From NCBI RefSeq assembly GCF_009914755.1, contig NC_060939.1: a DNA stretch of 64,000 nucleotides; one strand, given 5' to 3'. The notes below the pieces were generated by a model, which worked only from the letters and a program-made list of their open reading frames with translations, did no database searches and was not told the origin of the DNA. The translations under genes were made by a program, and so were the position numbers. Source of the stretch: the human T2T-CHM13v2.0 reference genome, Homo sapiens. Positions 1 through 13,999 of this stretch are shown in pieces; position 1 is the first letter of the stretch; each line of letters begins with the position of its first letter.

Positions 1-483
1 CAAGCCATTCCACTCCATTCCATTCCACTCGTTTCCTTTCCATTCGAGTCCATTCCTCTCCAGTCCATTCCGTTCAATCCATTCCATTCCAGTCCATTCC
101 ATTCGAGTCCGTTCCATTCCAGTCCATTCCATTCGAGTCAATTCCATCCCATTCGATGTCTTTCCATAACAATCCATTCCATTCTATTCCTTTCGATTCC
201 ATTCCATTCTATTTCATTCCATTCGATTCCCTTCCATTGGACTCCTTTCCATTGGAGTGCATTCCATTCCGTTCCATTTCTTTCCGTTCTGTACGATTCC
301 TACCGTTCGATTTCATTTTGTTCCAGTCCATTCTTTCGCGTCCATTCCATTCCATTTCACTCCATTCGATTCCATTCCACTCGATTCCACTTCGTTCCAT
401 TTCATTGCATTCCATTCTATTCAACTCTATTGCCTTCCATTCCATTCCATTCGATTACATTCCATGCGATTCCATTCGAAATC

Positions 484-695
484 GAATCAATTACATTGCA
501 ATCCATTACTATTGAGTCCGTTTTATTCCAGTCCACTGCATTCTGGTCCATTCCATTTGATTCCATTCCATTCTATTCCATTCCATACAGTTGCATTCCA
601 TTGGATTCCATGCTATATCTATAAATTCAATTCGAGACCATTGCTTTTGAGTCCATTCTATATGATTCCATTCCATTCAAGTCCATTACATTTGG
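484..695 (+). repeat. Internal homology block, copy 1 (repeats in every unit)
   Basis: GAATCAATTACAT..GCAATCCATTAC at 484, AGACCATT.CTTTTGAGTCCATTCTAT at 635 and ACATTTG at 688 each recur exactly 985 bp downstream. Confidence 0.85.
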
Positions 696-933
696 TTAAA
701 TTCCATTCCATTCGGTTCAATTCCATTCCATTCCATTCCCTTCCATTCCATTCCAGTTGATATCAATCCATTCGATTCCATTCCATTCGAGCACATTCCA
801 TTCGAGTCCATTCCATTCGATGCCATTCCATTTGATTCTATTCCATTAGTCTCCATTCAATTCCATTAATCTCCATTCCATTCCATTCTACTCCAACTGA
901 TTCCATTCCATTCTATTCCTTTCCATTCCATTT

Positions 934-978
934 CATTCCATTCCATTCCATTCCATTCCATTCCATTCCATTCCATTC
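934..978 (+). repeat. Variable perfect (CATTC)n tract within the unit (first instance, 9 copies)
   Basis: 9 copies at 934-978, 8 at 6363-6402 and 5 at 8170-8194. This accounts for the 5-bp-multiple length differences among subtype A units. Confidence 0.85.
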
Positions 979-1468
979 GTGTCCATTCCACTCCAGTCCA
1001 TTCCATTCGTATCCATTCCATTCCAGTCCATTCCATTTGTGTCCACTGCATTCCATTCCACTCCATTCCATATTATTCCATTACACTCCATTCCATTCTA
1101 TTACTTTCATTTCCATTCAATTCCATTCCATTTGATTCCATTCCACTCGGTTTCATTCCATTTGAGTCCACTCCATTCCATTCCATTCCATTCAGTTCCA
1201 TTCCATTCTGTTCCATTCCATTCCGTTCCGTTACATTCCATTCCATTCGGTACCATTCCATATTGTTCCATTCGATTCCATTCGAATCCATTCCATTCCA
1301 GTCCATTCCATTCGATTCCATTCCATTCATTTCAATTCCATTCCATTCCATTCCATTACATTCCACTTGATTCCTCTCCATTCACTTCCACTGCATTCCG
1401 TTCGATTCCATTCCATTGCATTGCATTCCATTCCATTGGATTGCATTCCATTCGATTCCATTCCATTC

Positions 1469-1680
1469 GAATCAATTACATAGCAATCCATTACATTCGA
1501 GTCTATTCTCTTCCGTTCCATTCGATTTCGTTCCAATCCATTCGATTCCATTCCATTCGATTCCATTCCATACTATTGCATTCCATTCTATTACATTATA
1601 TTCGAATAAGTTCCATTCAAGACCATTTCTTTTGAGTCCATTCTATTTGAGTCCATTCCCTTTGATTCCATAACATTTGA
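1469..1680 (+). repeat. Internal homology block, copy 2 (repeats in every unit)
   Basis: GAATCAATTACAT at 1469, AGACCATTTCTTTTGAGTCCATTCTAT at 1620 and ACATTTG at 1673, colinear with 484-695. Confidence 0.85.
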
Positions 1681-4600
1681 GTCCATTCAATTCCATTCCT
1701 TTCGTTTCCATTCCATTTGATGCCATTCCATTCAATTCTGTTCTACTCGACTCCAATACATTCAATTCCATTCCATCCGATTCCATTACATTCTTTTCAT
1801 TTCTTATCCATTTCAAGCAATTCCACTCCATTCCATTCCACTCGTTTCCTTTCCATTCGAGTCCATTCCTCTCCAGTCCATTCCGTTCAATCCATTCCAT
1901 TCCAGTCCATTCCATTCGAGTCCGTTCCATTCCAGTCCATTCCATTCGAGTCAATTCCATTCCATTCGATGTCTTTCCATAACGATCAATTTCATTCTAT
2001 TCCTTTCGATTCCATTCCATTCTATTTCATTCCATTCGATTCCCTTCCATTGGACTCCTTTCCATTCGAGTGCATTCCATTCCGTTCCATTTCTTTCCGT
2101 TCTGTACGATTCCTACCGTTCGATTTCATTTTGTTCCAGTCCATTCTTTCGCGTCCATTCCATTCCATTTCACTCCATTCGATTCCATTCCACTCAATTC
2201 CACTTCGTTCCATTTCATTGCATTCCATTCTATTCAACTCTATTGCCTTCCATTCCATTCCATTCGATTACATTCCATGCGATTCCGTTCGAAATCGAAT
2301 CAATTACATTGCAATCCATTACTATTGAGTCCATTTTATTCCAGTCCACTGCATTCTGGTCCATTCCATTTGATTCCATTCCATTCTATTCCATTCCATA
2401 CAGTTGCATTCCATTGGATTCCATGCTATATCTATAAATTCAATTCGAGACCATTGCTTTTGAGTCCATTCTATATGATTCCATTCCATTCAAGTCCATT
2501 ACATTTGGTTAAATTCCATTCCATTCGGTTCAATTCCATTCCATTCCATTCCCTTCCATTCCATTCCAGTTGATATCAATCCATTCGATTCCATTCCATT
2601 CGAGCACATTCCATTCGAGTCCATTCCATTCGATGCCATTCCATTTGATTCTATTCCATTAGTCTCCATTCAATTCCATTAATCTCCATTCCATTCCATT
2701 CTACTCCAACTGATTCCATTCCATTCTATTCTTTTCCATTCCATTTCATTCCATTCCATTCAATTCCATTCCATTCCATTCCATTCGTGTCCATTCCACT
2801 CCAGTCCATTCCATTGGTATCCATTCCATTCCAGTCCATTCCATTTGTGTCCACTGCATTCCATTCCACTCCATTCCATATTATTCCATTACACTCCATT
2901 CCATTCTATTACTTTCATTTCCATTCAATTCCATTCCATTTGATTCCATTCCACTCGGTTTCATTCCATTTGAGTCCACTCCATTCCATTCCATTCCATT
3001 CAGTTCCATTCCATTCTGTTCCATTCCATTCCGTTCCATTACATTCCATTCCATTCGGTACCATTCCATATTGTTCCATTCGATTCCATTCGAATCCATT
3101 CCATTCCAGTCCATTCCATTCGATTCCATTCCATTCATTTCAATTCCATTCCATTCCATTCCATTCCATTCCACTTGATTCCTCTCCATTCCCTTCCACT
3201 GCATTCCGTTCGATTCCATTCCATTGCATTGCATTCCATTCCATTGGATTGCATTCCATTCGATTCCATTCCATTCGAATCAATTACATAGCAATCCATT
3301 ACATTCGAGTCTATTCTCTTCCGTTCCATTCGATTTCGTTCCAATCCATTCGATTCCATTCCATTCGATTCCATTCCATACTATTGCATTCCATTCGATT
3401 ACATTATATTCGAATACGTTCCATTCAAGACCATTTCTTTTGAGTCCATTCTATTTGAGTCCATTCCCTTTGATTCCATAACATTTGAGTCCATTCAATT
3501 CCATTCCTTTCGTTTCCATTCCATTTGATGCCATTCCATTCAATTCTGTTCTACTCGACTCCAATACATTCAATTCCATTCCATCCGATTCCATTACATT
3601 CTTTTCATTTCTTATCCATTTCAAGCCATTCCACTCCATTCCATTCCACTCGTTTCCTTTCCATTCGAGTCCATTCCTCTCCAGTCCATTCCGTTCAATC
3701 CATTCCATTCCAGTCCATTCCATTCGAGTCCGTTCCATTCCAGTCCATTCCATTCGAGTCAATTCCATTCCATTCGATGTCTTTCCATAATGATCCATTC
3801 CATTCTATTCCTTTCGATTCCATTCCATTCTATTTCATTCCATTCGATTCCCTTCCATTGGACTCCTTTCCATTCGAGTGCATTCCATTCCGTTCCATTT
3901 CTTTCCGTTCTGTACGATTCCTACCGTTCGATTTCATTTTGTTCCAGTCCATTCTTTCGCGTCCATTCCATTCCATTTCACTCCATTCGATTCCATTCCA
4001 CTCGATTCCACTTCGTTCCATTTCATTGCATTCCATTCTATTCAACTCTAATGCCTTCCATTCCATTCCATTCCATTACATTCCATGCGATTCCATTCGA
4101 AATCGAATCAATTACATTGCAATCCGTTACTATTGAGTCCGTTTTATTCCAGTCCACTGCATTCTGGTCCATTCCATTTGATTCCATTCCATTCTATTCC
4201 ATTCCATACAGTTGCATTCCATTGGATTCCATGCTATATCTATAAATTCAATTCGAGACCATTGCTTTTGAGTCCATTCTATATGATTCCATTCCATTCA
4301 AGTCCATTACATTTGGTTAAATTCCATTCCATTCGGTTCAATTCCATTCCATTCCATTCCCTTCCATTCCATTCCAGTTGATATCAATCCATTCGATTCC
4401 ATTCCATTCGAGCACATTCCATTCGAGTCCATTCCATTCGATGCCATTCCATTTGATTCTATTCCATTAGTCTCCATTCAATTCCATTAATCTCCATTCC
4501 ATTCCATTCTACTCCAACTGATTCCATTCCATTCTATTCCTTTTTATTCCATTTCATTCCATTCCATTCCATTCCATTCCATTCCATTCCATTCGTGTCC

Positions 4601-7600
4601 ATTCCACTCCAGTCCATTCCATTCGTATCCATTCCATTCCAGTCCATTCCATTTGTGTCCACTGCATTCCATTCCACTCCATTCCATATTATTCCATTAC
4701 ACTCCATTCCATTCTATTACTTTCATTTCCATTCAATTCCATTCCATTTGATTCCATTCCACTCGGTTTCATTCCATTTGAGTCCACTCCATTCCATTCC
4801 ATTCCATTCAGTTCCATTCCATTCTGTTCCATTCCATTCCGTTCCGTTACATTCCATTCCATTCGGTACCATTCCATATTGTTCCATTCGATTCCATTCG
4901 AATCCATTCCATTCCAGTCCATTCCATTCGATTCCATTCCATTCATTTCAATTCCATTCCATTCCATTCCATTACATTCCACTTGATTCCTCTCCATTCA
5001 CTTCCACTGCATTCCGTTCGATTCCATTCCATTGCATTGCATTCCATTCCATTGGATTGCATTCCATTCGATTCCATTCCATTCGAATCAATTACATAGC
5101 AATCCATTACATTCGAGTCTATTCTCTTCCGTTCCATTCGATTTCGTTCCAATCCATTCGATTCCATTCCATTCGATTCCATTCCATACTATTGCATTTC
5201 ATTCGATTACATTATATTCGAATAAGTTCCATTCAAGACCATTTCTTTTGAGTCCATTCTATTTGAGTCCATTCCCTTTGAATCCATAACATTTGAGTCC
5301 ATTCAATTCCATTCCTTTCGTTTCCATTCCATTTGATGCCATTCCATTCAATTCTGTTCTACTCGACTCCAATACATTCAATTCCATTCCATCCGATTCC
5401 ATTACATTCTTTTCATTTCTTATCCATTTCAAGCCATTCCACTCCATTCCATTCCACTCGTTTCCTTTCCATTCGAGTCCATTCCTCTCCAGTCCATTCC
5501 GTTCAATCCATTCCATTCCAGTCCATTCCATTCGAGTCCGTTCCATTCCAGTCCATTCCATTCGAGTCAATTCCATTCCATTCGATGTCTTTCCATAAGG
5601 ATCCATTCCATTCTATTCCTTTCGATTCCATTCCATTCTATTTCATTCCATTCGATTCCCTTCCATTGGACTCCTTTCCATTCGAGTGCATTCCATTCCG
5701 TTCCATTTCTTTCCGTTCTGTACGATTCCTACCGTTCGATTTCATTTTGTTCCAGTCCATTCTTTCGCGTCCATTCCATTCCATTTCACTCCATTCGATT
5801 CCATTCCACTCGATTCCACTTCGTTCCATTTCATTGCATTCCATTCTATTCAACTCTATTGCCTTCCATTCCATTCCATTCCATTACATTCCATGCGATT
5901 CCATTCGAAATCGAATCAATTACATTGCAATCCATTACTATTGAGTCCGTTTTATTCCAGTCCACTGCATTCTGGTCCATTCCATTTGATTCCATTCCAT
6001 TCTATTCCATTGCATACAGTTGCATTCCATTGGATTCCATGCTATATCTATAAATTCAATTCGAGACCATTGCTTTTGAGTCCATTCTATATGATTCCAT
6101 TCCATTCAAGTCCATTACATTTGGTTAAATTCCATTCCATTCGGTTCAATTCCATTCCATTCCATTCCCTTCCATTCCATTCCAGTTGATATCAATCCAT
6201 TCGATTCCATTCCATTCGAGCACATTCCATTCGAGTCCATTCCATTCGATGCCATTCCATTTGATTCTATTCCATTAGTCTCCATTCAATTCCATTAATC
6301 TCCATTCCATTCCATTCTACTCCAACTGATTCCATTCCATTCTATTCTTTTCCATTCCATTTCATTCCATTCCATTCCATTCCATTCCATTCCATTCCAT
6401 TCGTGTCCATTCCACTCCAGTCCATTCCATTCGTATCCATTCCATTCCAGTCCATTCCATTTGTGTCCACTGCATTCCATTCCACTCCATTCCATATTAT
6501 TCCATTACACTCCCTTCCATTCTATTACTTTCATTTCCATTCAATTCCATTCCATTTGATTCCATTCCACTCGGTTTCATTCCATTTGAGTCCACTCCAT
6601 TCCATTCCATTCCATTCAGTTCCATTCCATTCTGTTCCATTCCATTCCGTTCCATTACATTCCATTCCATTCGGTACCATTCCATATTGTTCCATTCGAT
6701 TGCATTCGAATCCATTCCATTCCAGTCCATTCCATTCGATTCCATTCCATTCCTTTCAATTCCATTCCATTCCATTCCATTACATTCCACTTGATTCCTC
6801 TCCATTCCCTTCCACTGCATTCCGTTCGATTCCATTCCATTGCATTGCATTCCATTCATTGGATTGCATTCCATTCGATTCCATTCCATTCGAATCAATT
6901 ACATAGCAATCCATTACATTCGAGTCTATTCTCTTCCGTTCCATTCGATTTCGTTCCAATCCATTCGATTCCATTCCATTCGATTCCATTCCATACTATT
7001 GCATTCCATTCGATTACATTATATTCGAATAAGTTCCATTCAAGACCATTTCTTTTGAGTCCATTCTATTTGAGTCCATTCCCTTTGATTCCATAACATT
7101 TGAGTCCATTCAATTCCATTCCTTTCGTTTCCATTCCATTTGATGCCATTCCATTCAATTCTGTTCTACTCGACTCCAATACATTCAATTCCATTCCATC
7201 CGATTCCATTACATTCTTTTCATTTCTTATCCATTTCAAGCCATTCCACTCCATTCCATTCCACTCGTTTCCTTTCCATTCGAGTCCATTCCTCTCCAGT
7301 CCATTCCGTTCAATCCATTCCATTCCAGTCCATTCCATTCGAGTCCATTCCATTCCAGTCCATTCCATTCGAGTCAATTCCATTCCATTCGATGTCTTTC
7401 CATAACGATCCATTCCATTCTATTCCTTTCGATTCCATTCCATTCTATTTCATTCCATTCGATTCCCTTCCATTGGACTCCTTTCCATTCGAGTGCATTC
7501 CATTCCATTCCATTTCTTTCCGTTCTGTACGATTCCTACCGTTCGATTTCATTTTGTTCCAGTCCATTCTTTCGCGTCCATTCCATTCCATTTCACTCCA

Positions 7601-10600
7601 TTCGATTCCATTCCACTCGATTCCACTTCGTTCCATTTCATTGCATTCCATTCTATTCAACTCTATTGCCTTCCATTCCATTCCATTCCATTACATTCCA
7701 TGCGATTCCATTCGAAATCGAATCAATTACATTGCAATCCATTACTATTGAGTCCGTTTTATTCCAGTCCACTGCATTCTGGTCCATTCCATTTGATTCC
7801 ATTCCATTCTATTCCATTCCATACAGTTGCATTCCATTGGATTCCATGCTATATCTATAAATTCAATTCGAGACCATTGCTTTTGAGTCCATTCTATATG
7901 ATTCCATTCCATTCAAGTCCATTACATTTGGTTAAATTCCATTCCATTCGGTTCAATTCCATTCCATTCCATTCCCTTCCATTCCATTCCAGTTGATATC
8001 AATCCATTCGATTCCATTCCATTCGAGCACATTCCATTCGAGTCCATTCCATTCGATGCCATTCCATTTGATTCTATTCCATTAGTCTCCATTCAATTCC
8101 ATTAATCTCCATTCCATTCCATTCTACTCCAACTGATTCCATTCCATTCTATTCCTTTCCATTCCATTTCATTCCATTCCATTCCATTCCATTCGTGTCC
8201 ATTCCACTCCAGTCCATTCCATTCGTATCCATTCCATTCCAGTCCATTCCATTTGTGTCCACTGCATTCCATTCCACTCCATTCCATATTATTCCATTAC
8301 ACTCCATTCCATTCTATTACTTTCATTTCCATTCAATTCCATTCCATTTGATTCCATTCCACTCGGTTTCATTCCATTTGAGTCCACTCCATTCCATTCC
8401 ATTCCATTCAGTTCCATTCCATTCTGTTCCATTCCATTCCGTTCCATTACATTCCATTCCATTCGGTACCATTCCATATTGTTCCATTCGATTCCATTCG
8501 AATCCATTCCATTCCAGTCCATTCCATTCGATTCCATTCCATTCCTTTCAATTCCATTCCATTCCATTCCATTACATTCCACTTGATTCCTCTCCATTCC
8601 CTTCCACTGCATTCCGTTCGATTCCATTCCATTGCATTGCATTCCATTCCATTGGATTGCATTCCATTCGATTCCATTCCATTCGAATCAATTACATAGC
8701 AATCCATTACATTCGAGTCTATTCTCTTCCGTTCCATTCGATTTCGTTCCAATCCATTCGATTCCATTCCATTCGATTCCATTCCATACTATTGCATTCC
8801 ATTCGATTACATTATATTCGAATAAGTTCCATTCAAGACCATTTCTTTTGAGTCCATTCTATTTGAGTCCATTCCCTTTGATTCCATAACATTTGAGTCC
8901 ATTCAATTCCATTCCTTTCGTTTCCATTCCATTTGATGCCATTCCATTCAATTCTGTTCTACTCGACTCCAATACATTCAATTCCATTCCATCCGATTCC
9001 ATTACATTCTTTTCATTTCTTATCCATTTCAAGCCATTCCACTCCATTCCATTCCACTCGTTTCCTTTCCATTCGAGTCCATTCCTCTCCAGTCCATTCC
9101 GTTCAATCCATTCCATTCCAGTCCATTCCATTCGAGTCCGTTCCATTCCAGTCCATTCCATTCGAGTCAATTCCATTCCATTCGATGTCTTTCCATAACG
9201 ATCCATTCCATTCTATTCCTTTCGATTCCATTCCATTCTATTTCATTCCATTCGATTCCCTTCCATTGGACTCCTTTCCATTCGAGTGCATTCCATTCCG
9301 TTCCATTTCTTTCCGTTCTGTACGATACCTACCGTTCGATTTCATTTTGTTCCAGTCCATTCTTTCGCGTCCATTCCATTCCATTTCACTCCATTCGATT
9401 CCATTCCACTCGATTCCACTTCGTTCCATTTCATTGCATTCCATTCTATTCAACTCTATTGCCTTCCATTCCATTCCATTCGATTACATTCCATGCGATT
9501 CCATTCGAAATCGAATCAATTACATTGCAATCCATTACTATTGAGTCCGTTTTATTCCAGTCCACTGCATTCTGGTCCATTCCATTTGATTCCATTCCAT
9601 TCTATTCCATTCCATACAGTTGCATTCCATTGGATTCCATGCTATATCTATAAATTCAATTCGAGACCATTGCTTTTGAGTCAATTCTATATGATTCCAT
9701 TCCATTCAAGTCCATTACATTTGGTTAAATTCCAATCCATTCGGTTCAATTCCATTCCATTCCATTCCCTTCCATTCCATTCCAGTTGATATCAATCCAT
9801 TCGATTCCATTCCATTCGAGCACATTCCATTCGAGTCCATTCCATTCGATGCCATTCCATTTGATTCTATTCCATTAGTCTCCATTCAATTCCATTAATC
9901 TCCATTCCATTCCATTCTACTCCAACTGATTCCATTCCATTCTATTCCTTTTTATTCCATTTCATTCCATTCCATTCCATTCCATTCCATTCCATTCCAT
10001 TCCATTCGTGTCCATTCCACTCCAGTCCATTCCATTCGTATCCATTCCATTCCAGTCCATTCCATTTGTGTCCACTGCATTCCATTCCACTCCATTCCAT
10101 ATTATTCCATTACACTCCATTCCATTCTATTACTTTCATTTCCATTCAATTCCATTCCATTTGATTCCATTCCACTCGGTTTCATTCCATTTGAGTCCAC
10201 TCCATTCCATTCCATTCCATTCAGTTCCATTCCATTCTGTTCCATTCCATTCCGTTCCGTTACATTCCATTCCATTCGGTACCATTCCATATTGTTCCAT
10301 TCGATTCCATTCGAATCCATTCCATTCCAGTCCATTCCATTCGATTCCATTCCATTCATTTCAATTCCATTCCATTCCATTCCATTACATTCCACTTGAT
10401 TCCTCTCCATTCACTTCCACTGCATTCCGTTCGATTCCATTCCATTGCATTGCATTCCATTCCATTGGATTGCATTCCATTCGATTCCATTCCATTCGAA
10501 TCAATTACATAGCAATCCATTACATTCGAGTCTATTCTCTTCCGTTCCATTCGATTTCGTTCCAATCCATTCGATTCCATTCCATTCGATTCCATTCCAT

Positions 10601-13600
10601 ACTATTGCATTCCATTCGATTACATTATATTCGAATAAGTTCCATTCAAGACCATTTCTTTTGAGTCCATTCTATTTGAGTCCATTCCCTTTGAATCCAT
10701 AACATTTGAGTCCATTCAATTCCATTCCTTTCGTTTTCATTCCATTTGATGCCATTCCATTCAATTCTGTTCTACTCGACTCCAATACATTCAATTCCAT
10801 TCCATCCGATTCCATTACATTCTTTTCATTTCTTATCCATTTCAAGCCATTCCACTCCATTCCATTCCACTCGTTTCCTTTCCATTCGAGTCCATTCCTC
10901 TCCAGTCCATTCCGTTCAATCCATTCCATTCCAGTCCATTCCATTCGAGTCCGTTCCATTCCAGTCCATTCCATTCGAGTCAATTCCATTCCATTCGATG
11001 TCTTTCCATAACGATCCATTCCATTCTATTCCTTTCGATTCCATTCCATTCTATTTCATTCCATTCGATTCCCTTCCATTGGACTCCTTTCCATTCGAGT
11101 GCATTCCATTCCGTTCCATTTCTTTCCGTTCTTTACGATTCCTACCGTTCGATTTCATTTTGTTCCAGTCCATTCTTTCGCGTCCATTCCATTCCATTTC
11201 ACTCCATTCGATTCCATTCCACTCGATTCCACTTCGTTCCATTTCATTGCATTCCATTCTATTCAACTCTATTGCCTTCCATTCCATTCCATTCCATTAC
11301 ATTCCATGCGATTCCATTCGAAATCGAATCAATTACATTGCAATCCATTACTATTGAGTCCGTTTTATTCCAGTCCACTGCATTCTGGTCCATTCCATTT
11401 GATTCCATTCCATTCTATTCCATTGCATACAGTTGCATTCCATTGGATTCCATGCTATATCTATAAATTCAATTCGAGACCATTGCTTTTGAGTCCATTC
11501 TATATGATTCCATTCCATTCAAGTCCATTACATTTGGTTAAATTCCATTCCATTCGGTTCAATTCCATTCCATTCCATTCCCTTCCATTCCATTCCAGTT
11601 GATATCAATCCATTCGATTCCATTCCATTCGAGCACATTCCATTCGAGTCCATTCCATTCGATGCCATTCCATTTGATTCTATTCCATTAGTCTCCATTC
11701 AATTCCATTAATCTCCATTCCATTCCATTCTACTCCAACTGATTCCATTCCATTCTATTCTTTTCCATTCCATTTCATTCCATTCCATTCCATTCCATTC
11801 CATTCCATTCGTGTCCATTCCACTCCAGTCCATTCCATTCGTATCCATTCCATTCCAGTCCATTCCATTTGTGTCCACTGCATTCCATTCCACTCCATTC
11901 CATATTATTCCATTACACTCCATTCCATTCTATTACTTTCATTTCCATTCAATTCCATTCCATTTGATTCCATTCCACTCGGTTTCATTCCATTTGAGTC
12001 CACTCCATTCCATTCCATTCCATTCAGTTCCATTCCATTCTGTTCCATTCCATTCCGTTCCATTACATTCCATTCCATTCGGTATCATTCCATATTATTC
12101 CATTCGATTCCATTCGAATCCATTCCATTCCAGTCCATTCCATTCGATTCCATTCCATTCATTTCAATTCCATTCCATTCCATTCCATTACATTCCACTT
12201 GATTCCTCTCCATTCCCTTCCACTGCATTCCGTTCAATTCCATTCCATTGCATTGCATTCCATTCCATTGGATTGCATTCCATTCGATTCCATTCCATTC
12301 GAATCAATTACATAGCAATCCATTACATTCGAGTCTATTCTCTTCCGTTCCATTCGATTTCGTTCCAATCCATTCGATTCCATTCCATTCGATTCCATTC
12401 CATACTATTGCATTCCATTCGATTACATTATATTCGAATACGTTCCATTCAAGACCATTTCTTTTGAGTCCATTCTATTTGAGTCCATTCCCTTTGATTC
12501 CATAACATTTGAGTCCATTCAATTCCATTCCTTTCGTTTCCATTCCATTTGATGCCATTCCATTCAATTCTGTTCTACTCGACTCCAATACATTCAATTC
12601 CATTCCATCCGATTCCATTACATTCTTTTCATTTCTTATCCATTTCAAGCCATTCCACTCCATTCCATTCCACTCGTTTCCTTTCCATTCGAGTCCATTC
12701 CTCTCCAGTCCATTCCGTTCAATCCATTCCATTCCAGTCCATTCCATTCGAGTCCGTTCCATTCCAGTCCATTCCATTCGAGTCAATTCCATTCCATTCG
12801 ATGTCTTTCCATAACGATCCATTCCATTCTATTCCTTTCGATTCCATTCCATTCTATTTCATTCCATTCGATTCCCTTCCATTGGACTCCTTTCCATTCG
12901 AGTGCATTCCATTCCGTTCCATTTCTTTCCGTTCTGTACGATTCCTACCGTTCGATTTCATTTTGTTCCAGTCCATTCTTTCGCGTCCATTCCATTCCAT
13001 TTCACTCCATTCGATTCCATTCCACTCGATTCCACTTCGTTCCATTTCATTGCATTCCATTCTATTCAACTCTATTGCCTTCCATTCCATTCCATTCGAT
13101 TACATTCCATGCGATTCCATTCGAAATCGAATCAATTACATTGCAATCCATTACTATTGAGTCCGTTTTATTCCAGTCCACTGCATTCTGGTCCATTCCA
13201 TTTGATTCCATTCCATTCTATTCCATTCCATACAGTTGCATTCCATTGGATTCCATGCTATATCTATAAATTCAATTCGAGACCATTGTTTTTGAGTCCA
13301 TTCTATATGATTCCATTCCATTCAAGTCCATTACATTTGGTTAAATTCCATTCCATTCGGTTCAATTCCATTCCATTCCATTCCCTTCCATTCCATTCCA
13401 GTTGATATCAATCCATTCGATTCCATTCCATTCGAGCACATTCCATTCGAGTCCATTCCATTCGATGCCATTCCATTTGATTCTATTCCATTAGTCTCCA
13501 TTCAATTCCATTAATCTCCATTCCATTCCATTCTACTCCAACTGATTCCATTCCATTCTATTCCTTTCCATTCCATTTCATTCCATTCCATTCCATTCCA

Positions 13601-13999
13601 TTCGTGTCCATTCCACTCCAGTCCATTCCATTCGTATCCATTCCATTCCAGTCCATTCCATTTGTGTCCACTGCATTCCATTCCACTCCATTCCATATTA
13701 TTCCATTACACTCCATTCCATTCTATTACTTTCATTTCCATTCAATTCCATTCCATTTGATTCCATTCCACTCGGTTTCATTCCTTTTGAGTCCACTCCA
13801 TTCCATTCCATTCCATTCAGTTCCATTCCATTCTGTTCCATTCCATTCCGTTCCATTACATTCCATTCCATTCGGTACCATTCCATATTGTTCCATTCGA
13901 TTCCATTCGAATCCATTCCATTCCAGTCCATTCCATTCGATTCCATTCCATTCCTTTCAATTCCATTCCATTCCATTCCATTACATTCCACTTGATTCC

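Noticed and set aside
474-490. TTCGAAATCGAATC as a heat-shock element or DUX4 site
   Set aside because: The spacing does not fit canonical nGAAnnTTCn inverted repeats, and it does not match the DUX4 TAAYBBAATCA consensus.
757-766. 10-bp palindrome TTGATATCAA (EcoRV site) once per unit
   Set aside because: Too short for a stable hairpin or cruciform. Its recurrence simply follows unit amplification.
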